This document shows, one piece after another, positions 24,280-36,281 of a stretch of 64,000 bases of DNA. This stretch comes from Mobula hypostoma (Eukaryota), in NCBI RefSeq assembly GCF_963921235.1, contig NC_086098.1, forward strand, positions 237,088,001 to 237,152,000, written 5' to 3'. The position numbers were made by a program, and so were the translations under genes. How positions within the stretch are numbered: position 1 is the stretch's first letter; every line of letters begins with the position of its first letter. Under the pieces are notes generated by a model. It made no database searches. It had not been told where the DNA came from and saw only the letters and a program-made list of their open reading frames with translations.

Positions 24280-26888
24280 CTGGTGGGAGTTGTGTACAGG
24301 CCACCTAACAGTAGTAGTGAGGTTGGGGATGGTATTAAACAGGAAATTAGAAATGTGTGCAATAAAGGAACAGCAGTTATAATGGGTGACTTCAATCTAC
24401 ATACAGATTGGGTGAACCAAATTGGTAAGGGTGCTCAGGAAGAGGATTTCTTGGAATGTATGCGGGATGGTTTTTTGAACCAACATGTCGAGGAACCAAC
24501 TAGAGAGCAGGCTATTCTAGACTGAGAATTGAGCAATGAGGAAGGGTTAATTAGCAATCTTGTCCTGAGAGGACCCTTGGGTAAGAGTGACCATAATATG
24601 GTGGAATTCTTTATTAAGATGGACAGTAACATAGTTAATTCAGAAACAAAGGTTCTGAACTTAAAGAAGGGCAACTTTGAAGGTATGGAAAGTGGATTAC
24701 CTAAGATAGACTGGCAAATAACACTAAAGGTTTGACGGTGGATATGCAATGGCAAGCATTTAAAGATCGCATGGATAAACTACAACAATTGTTCATCCCA
24801 GTTTCGCAAAAGAATAAATCAAGGAAGGTAGCTCACCCGTGGCTGACAAGGGAAATTAGGGATAGTATCAATTCCAAAGAAGAAGCATACACATTATCCA
24901 GAAAAAGTGGGTCACCTTAGGACTGGGAGAAATTCAGAGTCCAGCAGAGGAAGACAAAGGGCTTAATTAGGAAGGGGAAAAAAAGATTATGAGTGAAAAC
25001 TGGCAGCGAAAATAAAAACTGACTGTAAAAGCTTCTATAGATATGTGAAAAGAAAAAGATTGGTTAAGACAAATGTGGGACCCCTACAGACAGAAACAGG
25101 TGAATTGATTATGGGGAGCAAGGACATGACAGACTAATTGAATAACTACTTTGGTTCTGTCTTCACTAAGAAGGACATAAATAATCTTCCGGAAATAGTA
25201 GGGGACAGAGGGTCCAATGAGATGGTGGAACTGAGGGAAATACATGTTAGTAGGGAAGTGGTGTTAGGTAAATTGAAGGGATTAAAGGCAGATAAATCCC
25301 CAGGGCCAGATGGTCTGCATCCCAGAGTGCTTAAGGAAGTAGTCCAAGAAATAGTGGATGCATTAGTGATAATTTTTCAAAACTCTTTAGATTCTGGACT
25401 AGTTCCTGAGGATTGGAGAGTAGCTAATGTAAACCCACTTTTTAAAAAAGGAGGGAGAGAGAAACCGGGGAATTATAGACCGGTTAGCCTGACATCGGTG
25501 GTGGGGAAAATGCTGGAGTCAGTTATCAAAGATGTGATAACAGCACATTTGGAAAGCGGTGAAATCGTAGGACAAAGTCAGCATGGATTTGTGAAAGGAA
25601 AATCACGTCTGACGAATCTCATAGAATTTTTTGAGGTTGTAACTAGTAGGGTGGATAGGGGAGAACCAGTGGATGTGGGAAATCTGGATTTTCAAAAGGC
25701 TTTTGACAAGGTCCCACACAGGAGATTAGTGTGCAAATTTAAAGCACACAGTATTGGGGGTAAGGTACTGATGGGGATAGAGAATTGGTTGGCAGATAGG
25801 AAGCAACGAGTGGGAATAAACGGGACCTTTTCAGAATGGCAGGCAGTGACTAGTGGGGTACCGCAAGGCTCAGTGCTGGGGCCCCAGTTGTTTACAATAT
25901 ATATTAATGACTTAGATGAGGGAATTAAATGCAGCATCTCCAAGTTCGCGGATGACACGAAGCTGGGCGGCAGTGTGTTAGCTGTGAGGAGGATGCTAAG
26001 ACGATGCAGGGTGACTTGGATAGGTTAGGTGAGTGGGCAAATTTATGGCAGATGCAATTTAATGTGGATAAATGTGAGGTTATCCACTTTGGTGGCAAAA
26101 ACAAGAAAACAGATTATTATCTGAATGGTGGCCGATTAGGAAAAGGGCAGGTGCAAAGATACCTGGGTGTCATTATACACCAGTCATTGAAAGCTGGCAT
26201 GCAGGTACAGCAGGCGGTGAAAAAGGCGAATGGTATGCTGGCATTCATAGCAAGAGGATTCGAGTACAGGAGCAGGGAGGTACTGCTGCTGTTGTAGAAG
26301 GCCTTGGTGAGACCACACCTGGAGTATTGTGTGCAGTTTTGGTCCCCTAATCTGAGGAAAGACATCCTTGCCACAGAAGGAGAGCAAAGAAGGTTCACCA
26401 GATTGACTCCTGGGATGGCATGACTTTCGTATGATGAAAGACTGCATAGACTAGGCTTATACTCGTTGGAATTTAGAAAATTGCGGGGGGGGGTGATCTT
26501 ATTGAAACATATAAAATCCTAAAGGGATTGTTCAGGCTAGAAGCAGAAAGATTGTTCCCGATGATGGGGAAGTCCAGATCGAGGAGTCACAGTCTGAGGA
26601 TTAAGGGGAAGCCTTTTAGGACCGAGATTAGGAAAAACTTCTTCTCACAGAGATTGGTGAATCTGTGGAATTCTCTGCCACAGGAAACAGTTGAGGCCAG
26701 AACATTGGCTATATTTAAGAGGGAGTTAGATATGGCCCTTGTGGCTAAAGGGATCGGGGTTATGGGGGGAAGGCTGGTACAGGGTTCTGAGTTGGATGAT
26801 CAGCCATGATCATACTGAATGGCGGTGCAGGCTCGAAGGGCCGAATGGCCTACTCCTGCACCTATTTTCTATGTTTCTATGTTTCTAT
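24280..26888 (+). mobile_element. CR1 LINE ORF2 (endonuclease-RT), 5'-truncated, frameshifted
   Basis: Motifs [51 protein letters not shown] and KFADDTK, with a 3' tail (TTTCTATG)n at ~26870-26888. Confidence 0.95.
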
Positions 26889-27174
26889 CACCCATGCTGT
26901 GGACCACGTAGAGGTCCAAGACACTCTAGTCACATGCACGTGCAGTTCAACCCCTTGACTGATAATCCAGAAAGTTTGAGGTTAATAACTCATCTCTTTC
27001 TACCTTAGGCCACGAACATATCAATCACCCGCGCTTTCTACAAAGAAGGGATCCGTATGCTCAACGAACGCTGGACTAAGTGTGTGGATGTAGGATGGGA
27101 CTATGTTGAAAAATAAATGTGCTCGGTTTTCTAAAATTGACTTCTTGTACCTTAGGCCACGAATTTATCAATCA
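26889..27174 (+). mobile_element. Mariner-derived MITE, second copy, opposite orientation
   Basis: It shares gctgtggaccac, gaagggatcc-tatgctc-acga-cgctggactaagtgtg and the TIR ccttaggccacgaa-ttatcaatca with 23951-24279. Confidence 0.78.
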
Positions 27175-27409
27175 AGTTCAAGTTTCAACGTTCTAAGTAA
27201 ATTGATTAGGAGATTACATGTACGGGATCATAAGGAATCCTGAGGTTCATTGTTTTGCGGGCATACAGAGTAAATCGAAGAAACGCAATGTAATCAATGA
27301 AAGACCGCATCCAACTGGACGGACAAACAACCAAATTTAAAAGACAACAAATATCACTTCTGAAGAAAAAGTTAAAGACATCCCTACGATCTGAGCAGAG
27401 TTGATGTTG

Positions 27410-28140
27410 ACAAGGAAGCGTCAAACGCCTGTCTCAGAGTTGGAGACACCTTCCCAGAAACAGAAGGGATCCTTGTGGCAACACAGGACCAGGTGGTTAA
27501 CAGAAAAAAAATAAAAACACAGAATAAAATAACATCAAATTGAAGACGATAAATGTAGAAAAGGCGAAGAAGAAACAGAAACAATTCAACAAATTACAGG
27601 ATCCTGCAGCAGTTTTACTCAGTCCGATTACTTACGTAGGCACAATCAAGTGGCAAATGTTCACAAACATCTTGCTTTAAAGTACAAACTTATTAAAAAC
27701 GTAACTTACTATAAATTCAACTTGATACTTTTTGAATCAGATTCCTGCAAATTATTTTACGACCAATCCATTATTAAAGAAAGGACAATCGATAATAACC
27801 GTCCAGCCACAACAAAACCGGAAAAACAAGCAAATACAACTTTCTTCATAGGTACCACAATTCCAAACACATAACATTCAAAAATTAATAAGTGAAAATA
27901 TCAGAAAAATGCTGAATTAAAAAAAGGATATTGAAAGATTTTGGGACATGAACAGGGTATATATTCTCCCGATGGTAATATATACATTTGGTATTATCCC
28001 AGGTGACTAAGGCAACACGGCAATATCTATGTAAACCTTCAGAAACCACAATATAGAACAGACAATAGTCCGGAAGCTCCCAGCAGTTGAGAAATGAGCG
28101 TGCTTGGCTATGCCTGTACTCAAGTTTTTACTAGTTTGAG
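27410..28140 (+). mobile_element. R4/Dong-like non-LTR retrotransposon, 3' fragment (decayed CCHC and RLE)
   Basis: Across frameshifts it reads LRVGDTFPETEGILVATQDQV, DDKCRK..EETETIQQITGSC, DYLRRHNQVAN, LALKYKL, DQSII..RTIDNNRP and TIPNT. Confidence 0.75.
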
Positions 28141-28199
28141 CTGAGAAAAAAAATAACTTAAAATAATCAATCAATAAATATAATATATAATAAATATTT

Positions 28200-28478
28200 A
28201 GAACATCAGGTGAGTATTCCTCTCAAATGAGCCCTTATGTTCTGGGAACAGTTCGATGATGGGGTGAGAAAATGTGCATGAAGTAATCCCTGCCCCCCCC
28301 CCCCCCCGGTTCAATAGCCTGATGGCTGAATGGTAATAACTGTTTCTCAATTTCGTGGTGTGGATCCGAAAACACTTGTTCCTTCTTCCTGATGGCAGCA
28401 GCGAGAATGGAGAATAGCCTGAGTGGTGGGGGCATGATGATGGATGCTGTTTTCCTGCGACAGCGCTCCGTGTACGAG
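28200..28478 (-). mobile_element. Rex1/Babar-type 3' end
   Basis: HPGYSPFSLLPSGRRNKCFRIHTTKLRNSYYHSAIRLLN. Confidence 0.7.
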
Positions 28479-28975
28479 TCTGTGGTGGCATTGCGATCAC
28501 GTTTGCTGTTGTGTGCTGGGGCAGCAGGCTGAGGGTAGCAGACACCAACAGAATCAATAAACTCATTAGTAAGGCCAGTGATTTTGTGGGGATGGAACTG
28601 GACTCTCTCACGGTGGTGTCTGAAAAGAGGATGTTGTCCAAGTTGCATGCCATCTTGGTCAATGTCTCCCATCCACTACATAATGTACTGGGTGGGCACA
28701 GGAGTACATTCAGCCAGAGACTCATTCCTCCGAGATGCAACACAGAGCGTCATAGGAAGTCATTCCTGCCTGTGGCCATCAAACTTTACAACTCCTCCCT
28801 TGGAGGGTCAGACATCCTGAGCCAATAGGCTGGTCCTGGACTTATTTCATAATTTACTGGCATAATTTACATATTACTATTTAACTATTTATGGTTCTAT
28901 TACTATTTATTATTTATGGTGCAAATGTAACGAGAACCAGTTTCCCCCGAAATCAATAAAGTATGACTATGACCA
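28479..28975 (+). mobile_element. Rex1/Babar-type 3' end (different subfamily)
   Basis: VCWGSRL...SHPLHNVL...FSQRLIPPRCNTERHRKSFLPVAIKLYN, with tail caataaagtatgactatgac. Confidence 0.75.
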
Positions 28976-31947
28976 TGTGAAGATGTACTCAATAATGGTG
29001 GAGAGAGATTTGCCTGTGATGGACGAGCCACATAGAGTACTTTTAGTAAGATTCTCCACTAGGGGGCACTAGTGTTTGCTTACTAGGCCTTGAAGCATCC
29101 AGTCAATATGCTCTCCAACATACATTCCTATAAGTTTGTCGAAGTTTTAGATGCCATGTCAAATCATCGCAAACTTCTAAGGAAATAGACACTAGCCTGT
29201 TTTCCTCGTAATTGTAATTATGTACTGGGCTCAGGACAAATCTTTTCAAATGATAACACCGAAGGATTTAACTTCGCTGACTACGGGCTTTATACGTGAT
29301 GAGATCTGGTTGGTGATCGGGAGTTCAGTAGTCTTACGGCCTGGCAAAAGGCGCTGTTTCCCATTCTGACAGTCCTTGTCTTAATGCTAATGTATCTCCT
29401 GCCTGATGGTAGGAGGTTAGAAGAGGAGGTAATATTTGCTGTAGGAAAGCAAATCACACTTCCTTTTGCCGTTGGACCTGGATAACCGGCTACAATCCGG
29501 TGTATGGCTGCATTCTACCGCAACGAAATTATTAGTTTTCACCTTTCCAGTTGGTAATCGTACCCTTTTATACCCAGTACCTTTTAGAATTAAATAAACA
29601 ATAGTATTTAGATCGCTTATTGTCATTGCAGATGACATGAAAACGCCATGTAGACATGGAAAATAAATTTATCTCTGGGCATGCAGGAAAATTGCCAGGT
29701 TGGCGTGTTTTCGTGTATTTAATTGATTTACAATGTTCTCAGTTCAAAGTCGGAACAGGAGAAACATGGACTGAAAGTGCACTCATTAGGCACGATACTT
29801 ATCTTTTGAAGACATCGTGAGTGATTGGAACATGTAATTTATCCGGTACATTCCATTTGTCACGGGATTTCTATTACACAATGCAGTCCTGAGTTGCACC
29901 GTGTTAATACTTCTGTGTGCGCAGATAAAGACGACGAATCCGAGAGAATTCACAAACACAGCTTCTTATAACTGAGCTGAAGCTCGAGATGTTATTGTGT
30001 ATGAAGGGGAACTATTTATCCAACCTCTCTATTATAGTCAATCGCTTTATTCCAGAACCGTTGTTATTCTGCCTCCTATGCGAATATACACTTTCATAAA
30101 CATAGACGGTGTTTTGAACAGCCTCCTCCAAATTTGTAGTAAATCTTCTCCTTGTGCATATTACATACGCTTTTCAATAAAGACCACTAATGCATGACAT
30201 TTCCCGATTAACTATACGACACCCGCATGCCAGTTATAGAGTTTAAGATGCGGATTCTACCAGGTTCACCGGTTTCCTACCACATTCCAATGACGGGGTT
30301 AGTAAGTTGTCGGTATGCTGTGTTGGCTCCGGAAGCGTGGCGACTTCCGGACAGAATCCTCGCTAGTCTGATTTGTCGCAAACGGGGCAATTCACAGCAG
30401 GATTTGATGTACAGGCGTCAAATAAGGTTAACCTTTTAATGTTTAAGGTATATTATTTATGTTCATTGATGTTTGTGTTTTATTCGCCAACTCGGCATCT
30501 TATGACTGAGCTGAAGCTGGAGATTTTATTGTGTGTGTGTGTGTGTGTGTGTGGGGGGGGGTCTACTTATCCAACCCCTCTGTTATATTCAATCATTTAT
30601 TCCAGAGTCAACAATGCGAACCGTCGCTACACTGCCTCCAATGCGAGTATACCCTTTCATAAACATGGAGGTCAAAACCACGGACCGTGCTCTCAACAGC
30701 GTCCTCCCCATTTGTACTAAATCCTCTCCTTGAATGTGTTGAAAGGCTTTTGACTGTCTCAGCCATTTTCTCAGATGTTTTCGAATGTTAAAAATATTAA
30801 TCATTTGAACTAAACAGGTGAGGGCGTCGTATACACGACTGTTCATTTGATTCCTATCGTATGGACAGAATTTATTTTCATACGTCGCGTACGGTTGTCC
30901 ACATGCTCCAGAATCAGAGGACTTAACGTGGTACTACTGGTTCTTGAAAGTCAGGGCACATGATGACACATCCCCAACATCGTAGAAACCTCATCAGGGA
31001 CAAATGAGATTTCTACGCAAAATCCTGGAGGAACTCAGCAGGTCAGGAAATGTTAATGTGACGAAATAAAGAATCGATGTTTCCTGCCGAGACCCTTCCT
31101 GTTCTGATGACGAGACTCCCCCTGGTATGTTGATTCTTTAATCGCTTCCAAAGACTCTGCCTGACCTGCTAAATTGCTCCAGCATTTTGTATGTGTTACT
31201 CTGCAGAATCTCTTCAGTTGATGACGTTTCTGCTTTGACCAGGCGATGGCAAATCTGTGCCATGGTCGCCACTGTAAAAGCGGGACTGGATACGACCGGG
31301 AATACCGCACAACCCTCAACAGTGAAATACACTTGTCAAACATCAGCCAGTTTACAAACACTGCATCTCTGGTTGGAAGCTCTTTTACTTCTGAACAAGC
31401 CCATTAGTCAACTGTTCACAACCTGGAATGAACCCTTCCCTGTTTCTTCCCCGTGGATATTGGGAGAAGACCAGCATAGAGATCACTGGGTAGTATCCCT
31501 TCTCCCTGTGTGTCTTTTTGGGGATTGGGAGGATGTTTGTGGAGCACCGATCTACTTTCAGCAGTGGGTGTCCATATATGTCGCCTGACCTGCTTATTTC
31601 CTCCTGAATTGTGTGTGTTTTACTAATCCAGCTGCCGTTTATTCTTTCCTGCTCGTTGTCTCCCCGCTTCAAACCAAACCTGATGAGATCCCTTCGTTCA
31701 CATGCAGACATTAGGGTTCAGCGGTACTCCTCAGCTGTTTCCTTGTTTAGCAACTCGATCCCCTGATCCCCTGTGACAAGTACAGCAGCCTTGGGCCCTA
31801 CAACATCAAGTGTGGGCTTTCAAATAGCAATCTGCTGACAAAGCGCATGCGACTTCAAAAGCCACATTTCTGAACTGATTCCAGAACCTATGCAGTCCCT
31901 TTCAGTAACTGTAACTCATGCTATATGTATTAGTTATTTATCAAATA

Positions 31948-31978
<31 letters not shown>

Positions 31979-31979
31979 C

Positions 31980-32013
<34 letters not shown>

Positions 32014-32022
32014 ATATCTATC
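31948..32022. repeat. (TATC)n tetranucleotide microsatellite
   Basis: Near-perfect TATC array. Confidence 0.95.
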
Positions 32023-32560
32023 ATCCATCTATTAATCTATTTATTTATGTGGAACTACTCTCCTTTTGCACATTGGTTGCTTATCAGTTCATCATTGATC
32101 TTATCGTGAAAAGTAATTCTTTGTTCTACTGCCAAGGCCCACGAGAAAATGAATCGCCAGGTAGTATATAGTGACATATACATACTTCGATAGTAGATTT
32201 ACATTGGACTTTGAACCGGACGTCACAGTAACTGTTGGGGAGTTCCAGACTCTGAGAGATGTTTAGATATTCAGAGTTTAGTGGATCAAGGATTAGTGCA
32301 GCAAACAGCAACTGCGATGACATATCACCCGTGATTGGATTGAAAGATGTAGTGCGAGGAAATGGCTGAATAAACTACTCTGGTGTCTGTGTGTTACGTT
32401 ATAATATTCTCCTCCCCAGAGCTTTAAATCATTCCTGTGACGGAACGAAAAAAACGCGTCACATTGGTAATAGAGCAGATACATTCGCTTGGATTAGTAT
32501 AGCCATCGGCATTAGATTCTCAGAAGTGTTTCCTGGAAGGTTATATGTTTCTGGTTTGAA

Positions 32561-32562
<2 letters not shown>

Positions 32563-32601
<39 letters not shown>

Positions 32602-32622
32602 GTGTGTGTGTGTTTGTGTTTG
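32563..32622. repeat. (TG)n microsatellite
   Basis: TG dinucleotide run. Confidence 0.95.
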
Positions 32623-32759
32623 TGAGGCCGTTTGGTCTCTGTGGAGGAACGCAGAGAATCTAAAACTTAATATGGAGAGAATGCCAACGTCACGGTGAAA
32701 CAAAGCTGACAGTATAACACTCCCAGTGGTGGTCAGAGTACCGCTAAAAGGCAGTGAGA

Positions 32760-33540
32760 ACGGGCAGACTATTATTTAATTGGGAAAAGAATTCAAAGTT
32801 CTGTGATGCAACGGGACTTGGGAGTCCTCGTACACGATCCCCTTAAAGTTAACCTCCAGGTTGAGTCAGTAGTGAAGAAGGCGAATGCAATATTGGCATT
32901 CATTTCTAGGGGAATTGAGTATAGGAGCAGGGATGTGATGTTGAGGCTCTATAAGGCGCTGGTGAGACCTCACTTGGAGCACTGTGGGCAGTTTTGGTCT
33001 CTTTATTTAAGAAAGGATGTGCTGACGTTGGAGAGGGTACAGAGAAGATTCACTAGAATGATTCCGGGAATGAGAGGGTTAACATATGAGGAACGTTTGT
33101 CCGCTCTTGGACTGTATTCCTTGGAGTTTAGAAGAATGAGGGGAGACCTCATAGAAACATTTCGAATGTTAAAAGGCATAGACAGAGTGGATGTGGCAAA
33201 GTTGTTTCCCATGATGGAGGAGTCTAGTACGAGAGGGCATGACTTAAGAATTGAAGGGCGCCCTTTCAGAACAGAAATGCGAATAAATTTTTTTAGTCAG
33301 AGGGTGGTGAATCTATGGAATTTGTTGCCACGGGTAGCAGTGGAGGCCAAGTCATTGGGTGTATTTAAGGCAGAGATTGATAGGTATCTGAGTAGCCAGG
33401 GCAGCAAAGGTTATGGTGAGAAGGCAGGGGAGTGGGACTAAATAGGAGAAAATGGATCAGCTCATGATAAAATGGCGGAGCAGATTCGATGGGCCGAATG
33501 GCTTTCTTCTGCTCCTTTGTGTTATGGTCTTATGGTCTTA
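32760..33540 (+). mobile_element. CR1 LINE 3' end, young, in the 3' flank of the IgL gene
   Basis: An open 212-aa C-terminal frame (32803-33441) with tail gttatggtcttatggtctta. It is absent from the paralogous flank near 4800. Confidence 0.92.
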
Positions 33541-34116
33541 CTTCCCACTGAGAAGGTTGGAAATGAAGAGCAAAGGTGCAGGATAGCGAGGAAATGAGGA
33601 ATCCGGTGATGGTGGAGAGGCAAGGCGAAGAGTCCAGCGAAGGACATAGAGATAAGTTTTCTGCAGGAACGGCGGGATAGGATATTTCCGTGGATTTGAG
33701 AGTAATTCTATGTGAGTCGACTTTGAGATGGCACGGTACACGCTATCAAACTCCCGACGTACTGCGAACAGCCGAGTAAAGACGAGGACTATAAACCCAC
33801 CGGCAGTTGCTTTTCCATTACGAGCTGCGTTTATCACAAAATCCAATCACAACACGGTCACCTTCTACACGCAGATCTACCCATTTTATACACAGTGGAA
33901 TTTCAGACACAGCACAGTAGTTACAATTCTACAGAGAAGTACGCGTCGCGAAAGACAATCATCGCGTGACTTTCCAAACTTATTATACGGTTGATTGTTC
34001 CCATTAAAACATTACTGCACAATTACATTGCATAAGGTCGCTGCACAGTCCCAGTGAGAGTTTCACTGCATTATGCAGGAGCTAACAAACCGACTGTGCT
34101 GCCGGACGCCGCGGCC

Positions 34117-34445
34117 TTACTGCGCACAAGCCGACGAAGAGATGGTGTTCCGCAAAGGCGAGCTCAGCGAACTGTGGCTCACGCTGCAGGCATAGCTTGA
34201 ACCCTTTTTCCAGGCATCGGCGGATACTCGCAGGTAACTGCTCAGCCTGTAGGTCTGGTCGGTGTTTGCCGACACGGCGCCTGTGGTCACCCCACTCTCA
34301 GTCTCGACTCCATCCACGCTCCAGCGCAGCGCTACCAAGCCCGGCTTAAAACCACTCACCAGACAGGAGAGAGTGGCCGAACCCGTGCCGGTCTCCTCCG
34401 GAGAGGGAGGGAGAAGGAGAATTGAAGGTCTCCGGGACTCGCTGC
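34117..34445 (-). CDS. Ig light chain exon 3, constant domain
   Basis: The acceptor is CACAG|GC. The translation (S)SESRRPSILLLPPSPEETGTGSATLSCLVSGFKPGLVALRWSVDG...YACSVSHSSLSSPLRNTISSSACAQ* has the C1-set Cys/Trp/Cys pattern and a C-terminal interchain Cys. The three exons sum to 49+360+329=738 nt, giving 245 aa plus stop in frame. Confidence 0.95.
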
Positions 34446-35787
34446 CTGTGTGAGAGAGATTAGACGGATGGAAATAGAAAAAAATATTAACGTTAAGGAT
34501 GTCTGAAACTCGGAATTAATAAAAAACAACTCTGCTACAGAAAAAAAAACACAAGCCACCGAGTATTAAGGCAAACAGTGAAATGTCTGGCGGTTATAGA
34601 GTAATTGTTTCGGTGAATGAAATGTCCGTGAAGATTTTCCAAGGTTAATCACAACTCCGAAGTGCGCTTATAACTTTCATTATCTTTACGAGCGGGGAAT
34701 CACGTGCGCCAACCATGAGGAGGAAATAGCCTCACTCATTCCACCTATCTATTCCCCGCACACGGTACTGCCTGGTTATTAGTCTGTCGGTAAATTTGTG
34801 TATATTGCCTGTCAGCAATATTTCCCTAGATCTTTAACTGGGCCACGAATTGATGGACATTACCCCTTTCGGCTATGTAAAGGAGCTCAGCAAATTCTGG
34901 ATTTCGAATCCACTGTTCTCTCTAACAGAGATTTCCGATTCCTGTTAAGAATTACTCAAATACGACCCCCCAGCACCCCACCAACCCATCACCACGGAAA
35001 ATATCCGGTACCACCCTGTTACTGGCCCCTTGGCTGAGTGGAATTCCGTATTGAATTGTGGTAACAGCCCAGGTCTCGAATTCGCTCGTTCCTGATCTTG
35101 TGAACATTCCACTTCAGGTTGTCCAAATCTGCTCGCCCAGGGCTGGCAGAGGAAATGGCGGAATAGAGGAGCGGGTATTTTAGCAGAAGAGGGACGAAGG
35201 AACAAGGAACAGTGCAGTTCAGACCGGGATTACCTCCCGGACATGACCGAACCCCTCCTATTCCCGCTCCACTCTACCAGCTCGTCCGCTGTCCAACATC
35301 TGCTGCAAAGTAACGTCTAAAATTCGCATATTTCCCTTCCTTGTTTGCGACCTCGTTGTAGGTTTTTAATTTGAAGCAGCCAATTCTGAATATGGCAGAC
35401 ACCATTTATAGCATTTCGAAATATTGGATAACTTTTCGTGACCGCATCTTATACATAGTATACGAGTGAGTTGTGTTGTTTTCGATTTCGTCAGTTCTGT
35501 AAAGGGGTCAATGGATTAAATTCGAGAGATATCTGATCGCTCTGGGCTTTCACCACATCAGACTGAGGGCGATTGAATGCCGGGATGTACATGGTGTTAA
35601 AAAAACTCATTAAATTCAATGATAGTTCATTAGAGGGATGGAATGCCCTCATGTCCGATAAGAGACAGATCGAATTCCACGACAGCTTTGAGACAGCAGG
35701 ATTCCCTGGATAGGTATTTCTATAGCGATGGGGATTAAGACCGGGTGTGATGCGAATTGCTTGTAACGGGATGAGGGAGTCACTTAC

Positions 35788-36147
35788 TCTTTATATCCAG
35801 AATAGTGCCTGGGCCGAAGATCAATGCATTATCCCATGCTGTACAGTAATAGACAGCAGAGTCCCGGGGCTCCAAGCTGCCGATGGTCAGGATGTGACTG
35901 TTGCTGGAGGTGTCTCTGGACGGTTGGAAACGGTTTGTTATCCCTGTCCCTCGGTATATGTCATCATCACCCTGTGGATCGTGTCTAATCACCCACTGCG
36001 GTCTCTCTCCGGGACGCTGTCGGTACCAGTTCATATAGTAACTTCCAACGTTACCGTTCTGGATCCGACATTCTAAGCGGGCGGTCTGTCCCGCGGAGAC
36101 GGGACCCGACATTGGCGTCTGATTGAGGACTGGGGCCGTCAGGATAC
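35788..36147 (-). CDS. Ig light chain exon 2, germline-joined V-J (type I/sigma-cart-like)
   Basis: The acceptor is TTACAG|GT. The translation ILTAPVLNQTPMSGPVSAGQTARLEC...NWYRQRPGERPQWVI...LTIGSLEPRDSAVYYCTAWDNALIFGPGTILDIK has both V-set cysteines, the WYRQ tryptophan, a long CDR2 and the J motif FGPG in one frame with no intervening RSS. The phase-1 donor is A|GTAAG. PVLNQTP and FGPGT resemble shark and skate type I L chains (from memory, not a database search). Confidence 0.95.
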
Positions 36148-36281
36148 CTGTAACAAAGACAATGAAACCATTGGGTGACTTGGGTCTAACTGAAGGCTCA
36201 CCAATTGATAAATTCGCGTTGAAATGAGCAGTAATTGCAATTTTCACGGATAATCCGTGAATAAGGTAATACGTCTCTTAC

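Noticed and set aside
28198-28743. 181-aa ORF
   Set aside because: It is a chimera of the antisense of one Rex1-type copy and the sense of another meeting at ~28478. The two are different subfamilies covering overlapping regions, so this is not twin priming and not a gene.
33860-34110. Poly(A) signal for the IgL gene
   Set aside because: No canonical AATAAA on the minus strand. Only the variants AATAAG and TATAAA are present, so it was not annotated.
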